Shown here: positions 43,046 to 44,489 of the stretch, piece by piece
Numbering within the stretch: position 1 is the stretch's first letter
How the letters are laid out: each line of letters begins with the position of its first letter
Origin: Candidatus Moraniibacteriota bacterium
Lineage (GTDB): Bacteria > Patescibacteriota > Minisyncoccia > Moranbacterales > UBA9337
Length of the DNA: 44,489 bases
Reading direction: 5' to 3'
NCBI GenBank assembly: GCA_034003925.1
Contig: JAVEXR010000001.1
Location: 14,966-59,454 of the forward strand
Translations under genes and position numbers: made by a program
Notes under the pieces: generated by a model
What the model was told of the DNA's origin: nothing
Databases searched by the model: none
Seen by the model: the letters and a program-made list of their open reading frames with translations, nothing else

Positions 43046-43090
43046 AAGGCGGGCTTCGACAGTTGTCGAAGACCCGCCTTTTCTTTTTCC
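43046..43090 (+). terminator. Strong rho-independent terminator after the orphan lipoprotein gene
   Basis: AAGGCGGGCTTCGACA / TGTCGAAGACCCGCCTT stem followed by TTTTCTTTTT. Confidence 0.9.
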
Positions 43091-43129
43091 TTGGAAATAT
43101 GTTTAAAGTGGGATAGAATAAAGTGGAAG

Positions 43130-43165
43130 TTTATAAAGTTTTTAAGGTTTATAAAGTTTGTAAAG
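43130..43165. repeat. 9-bp tandem array x4 (TTYNTAARG)
   Basis: TTTATAAAG TTTTTAAGG TTTATAAAG TTTGTAAAG. Confidence 0.85.
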
Positions 43166-43280
43166 TTGAAGCGAATATGTGAATTTAGGATTTTAGGAAT
43201 GTGTGAATTTAAGAGTGATAAACAGTAATCTCTAGTTGTTGAGATTTGTATATTTGTACTAGATTCGTAGACTTGTGGTG

Positions 43281-43320
43281 AAGTTAAAATGTTAATATGC
43301 TAACATGCTAAAATGATTGT
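43281..43320. repeat. Phased octamer array upstream of murE
   Basis: AAGTTAAA ATGTTAAT ATGCTAAC ATGCTAAA ATGATTGT. Confidence 0.85.
43306..43314 (+). promoter_or_regulatory. Extended -10 (TGcTAAAAT) 9 nt upstream of the murE ATG
   Basis: The -10 ends at 43314 and the ATG is at 43324. No SD is present. Confidence 0.5.
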
Positions 43321-43323
43321 GTT

Positions 43324-44489
43324 ATGAAAAAACTAATTCCCCAAAGTTTAAAAAATATTTATCATTTATTCCAAGCCGTTTTGGCGAATGTTTGGTTTGG
43401 TTTTCCGAGCAAGAAAATAAAGGTTATCGGTGTAACAGGAACTGACGGAAAAACTACTACCACCCAAATAATAACTAAAATATTAGAGGAAGCGGGAAAA
43501 AAAGTGGCCCTAGCTTCTACTATTAATTTTAAAATTGATCAAAAAGAATGGACCAATCTTTCTCATTTTACTACGCTATCATCTTTTGCGGTGCAAAAAT
43601 TTATTAAACGGGCAGTAGAAAATGGTTGTGAATATTTAGTATTGGAGACATCCTCTCATTCACTGGATCAGCGCCGCGTGTGGGGGATAGATTATAAAAC
43701 AGCTGTGATTACTAATGTAACGCGCGAGCATCTGGATTACCACAAGACTATGGAGAATTATCGTCAAGCCAAAAGAAAACTTTTTGATAAAGTTGAAGTG
43801 GCGATTGTTAATTTGGATATGGAAAAGCCAGAGGAATATTTAGACGCTAAATCTCCAATTAAGATAGGATATTCAGCTAAATTTCCAATTTCCAATGATC
43901 AAATAAAAAAAATCATTGCTGAAAACGTAGAGTTAGGAATTGATGGTTCTACATTTACAGTGGAGGGTAAAAAATTTACTTTAAATTTGGTGGGTGATTT
44001 TAATATTGAAAATGCTTTGGCTGCAATTAGTGTAGGAGTCTCTGAAAACATTGATTTGGAAACTTGCGCTCGGGCTATCTCAAAAATTAAGAGTGTGCCG
44101 GGTAGAATGGAATATGTATCCAACGAGAAAGGATTAAATATCTTGGTTGATTTTGCGTTGACTCCTGATGCTCTAAAAAAACTATATTCATTATTGGTGA
44201 AAATTAAAAAACCGGAATCTAAGATTATTGCAGTTTTTGGAGCTTGTGGGGAGCGCGATAGGGGCAAGCGACCGATTATAGGAGAGATTGTATCTGCCTA
44301 TGCTGATTTTGTTATTGTGACGAATGATGAGCCATATCACGAGGATCCGCTGCAAATTATAGGGGAAATTGTAAATGGAATAAAAAACAAGCAAGAAGGA
44401 GTAGATTTTTGGGTAATTGCTGATCGCAGAGAAGCTATCCAAAAAGCATTACAATTAGCAACATCTGGTGATGTTATCGCTGTGACAGG
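43324..44489 (+). CDS. murE: UDP-N-acetylmuramoyl-tripeptide synthetase (MurE-type Mur ligase), 3'-truncated by the window end
   Basis: Not in the ORF track because no stop is reached. My own translation from ATG 43324 gives MKKLIPQSLKN...IKVIGVTGTDGKTTTTQII (Mur P-loop), LETSSH, VITNVTREHLDYH, PGRMEY, VDFALTPDAL, GACGERDRGKRP, DEPYHEDP. Confidence 0.9.
   Translation, partial: MKKLIPQSLKNIYHLFQAVLANVWFGFPSKKIKVIGVTGTDGKTTTTQIITKILEEAGKKVALASTINFKIDQKEWTNLSHFTTLSSFAVQKFIKRAVENGCEYLVLETSSHSLDQRRVWGIDYKTAVITNVTREHLDYHKTMENYRQAKRKLFDKVEVAIVNLDMEKPEEYLDAKSPIKIGYSAKFPISNDQIKKIIAENVELGIDGSTFTVEGKKFTLNLVGDFNIENALAAISVGVSENIDLETCARAISKIKSVPGRMEYVSNEKGLNILVDFALTPDALKKLYSLLVKIKKPESKIIAVFGACGERDRGKRPIIGEIVSAYADFVIVTNDEPYHEDPLQIIGEIVNGIKNKQEGVDFWVIADRREAIQKALQLATSGDVIAVT

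Noticed and set aside
42535-43228. ORFs 42535..42957 (-) and 42833..43228 (+) overlapping the orphan lipoprotein gene.
   Set aside because: The + strand 183-aa ORF has the promoter, SD, signal peptide/lipobox and terminator. The 131-aa ORF runs through that terminator and through the 9-bp repeat array (it translates as FIKFLRFIKFVK), so it is an artefact.
43899-44442. Two minus-strand ORFs (122 aa and 83 aa) listed in the ORF track.
   Set aside because: They are antisense shadows of the + strand murE-type gene (43324 to the window end). That gene has clear Mur-ligase motifs and is missing from the track only because it has no in-window stop. The minus ORFs have low-complexity, family-less translations.

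Overview
AT-rich bacterial chromosome segment, roughly one-third G+C by eye, with compact genes read with the standard code. Housekeeping genes are ClpC, GyrB, UvrB, UvrA, GldA, an FKBP isomerase, a SpoU/TrmH methyltransferase, and MurE (truncated by the window end and missing from the ORF track). They are interleaved with monoderm-type envelope genes carrying LysM, LytR_C, G5, RlpA-DPBB, CAP, ArnT-like GT-C, AT3 and SGNH domains, plus a MarR-MFP-RND efflux operon and two tRNAs. Gene content and style fit a small-genome monoderm lineage such as Patescibacteria/CPR; this is an inference. The best candidate for an undescribed system is the four-gene secreted-protein locus at 3119-9088. It has a large and a small paralog sharing a WxL-like C-terminal module, a DUF916/DUF3324-like membrane protein uniquely fused to LysM and LytR_C, and a small secreted protein. 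That matches the layout of WxL/Csc cell-surface complexes of Lactobacillales, but highly diverged. Other notable signals: (1) intergenic spacers built from recurring modules, namely phased 8-bp ATGYTAAN arrays abutting start codons, 9-bp TTYNTAARG arrays x4, a ~130-170 bp dispersed repeat, and GC-rich palindromes apparently inserted into a shared AT-rich backbone; (2) native genes lack Shine-Dalgarno sequences and several have an extended -10 only 6-9 nt from the ATG (probably leaderless), whereas two G+C-richer orphan genes (25130-25714 and 42487-43038) have canonical GGAGG sites and look horizontally acquired; (3) consensus promoters followed by terminator-like hairpins in 5' leaders; (4) a Zn-ribbon / DUF2339-like / TSP3-repeat gene trio.
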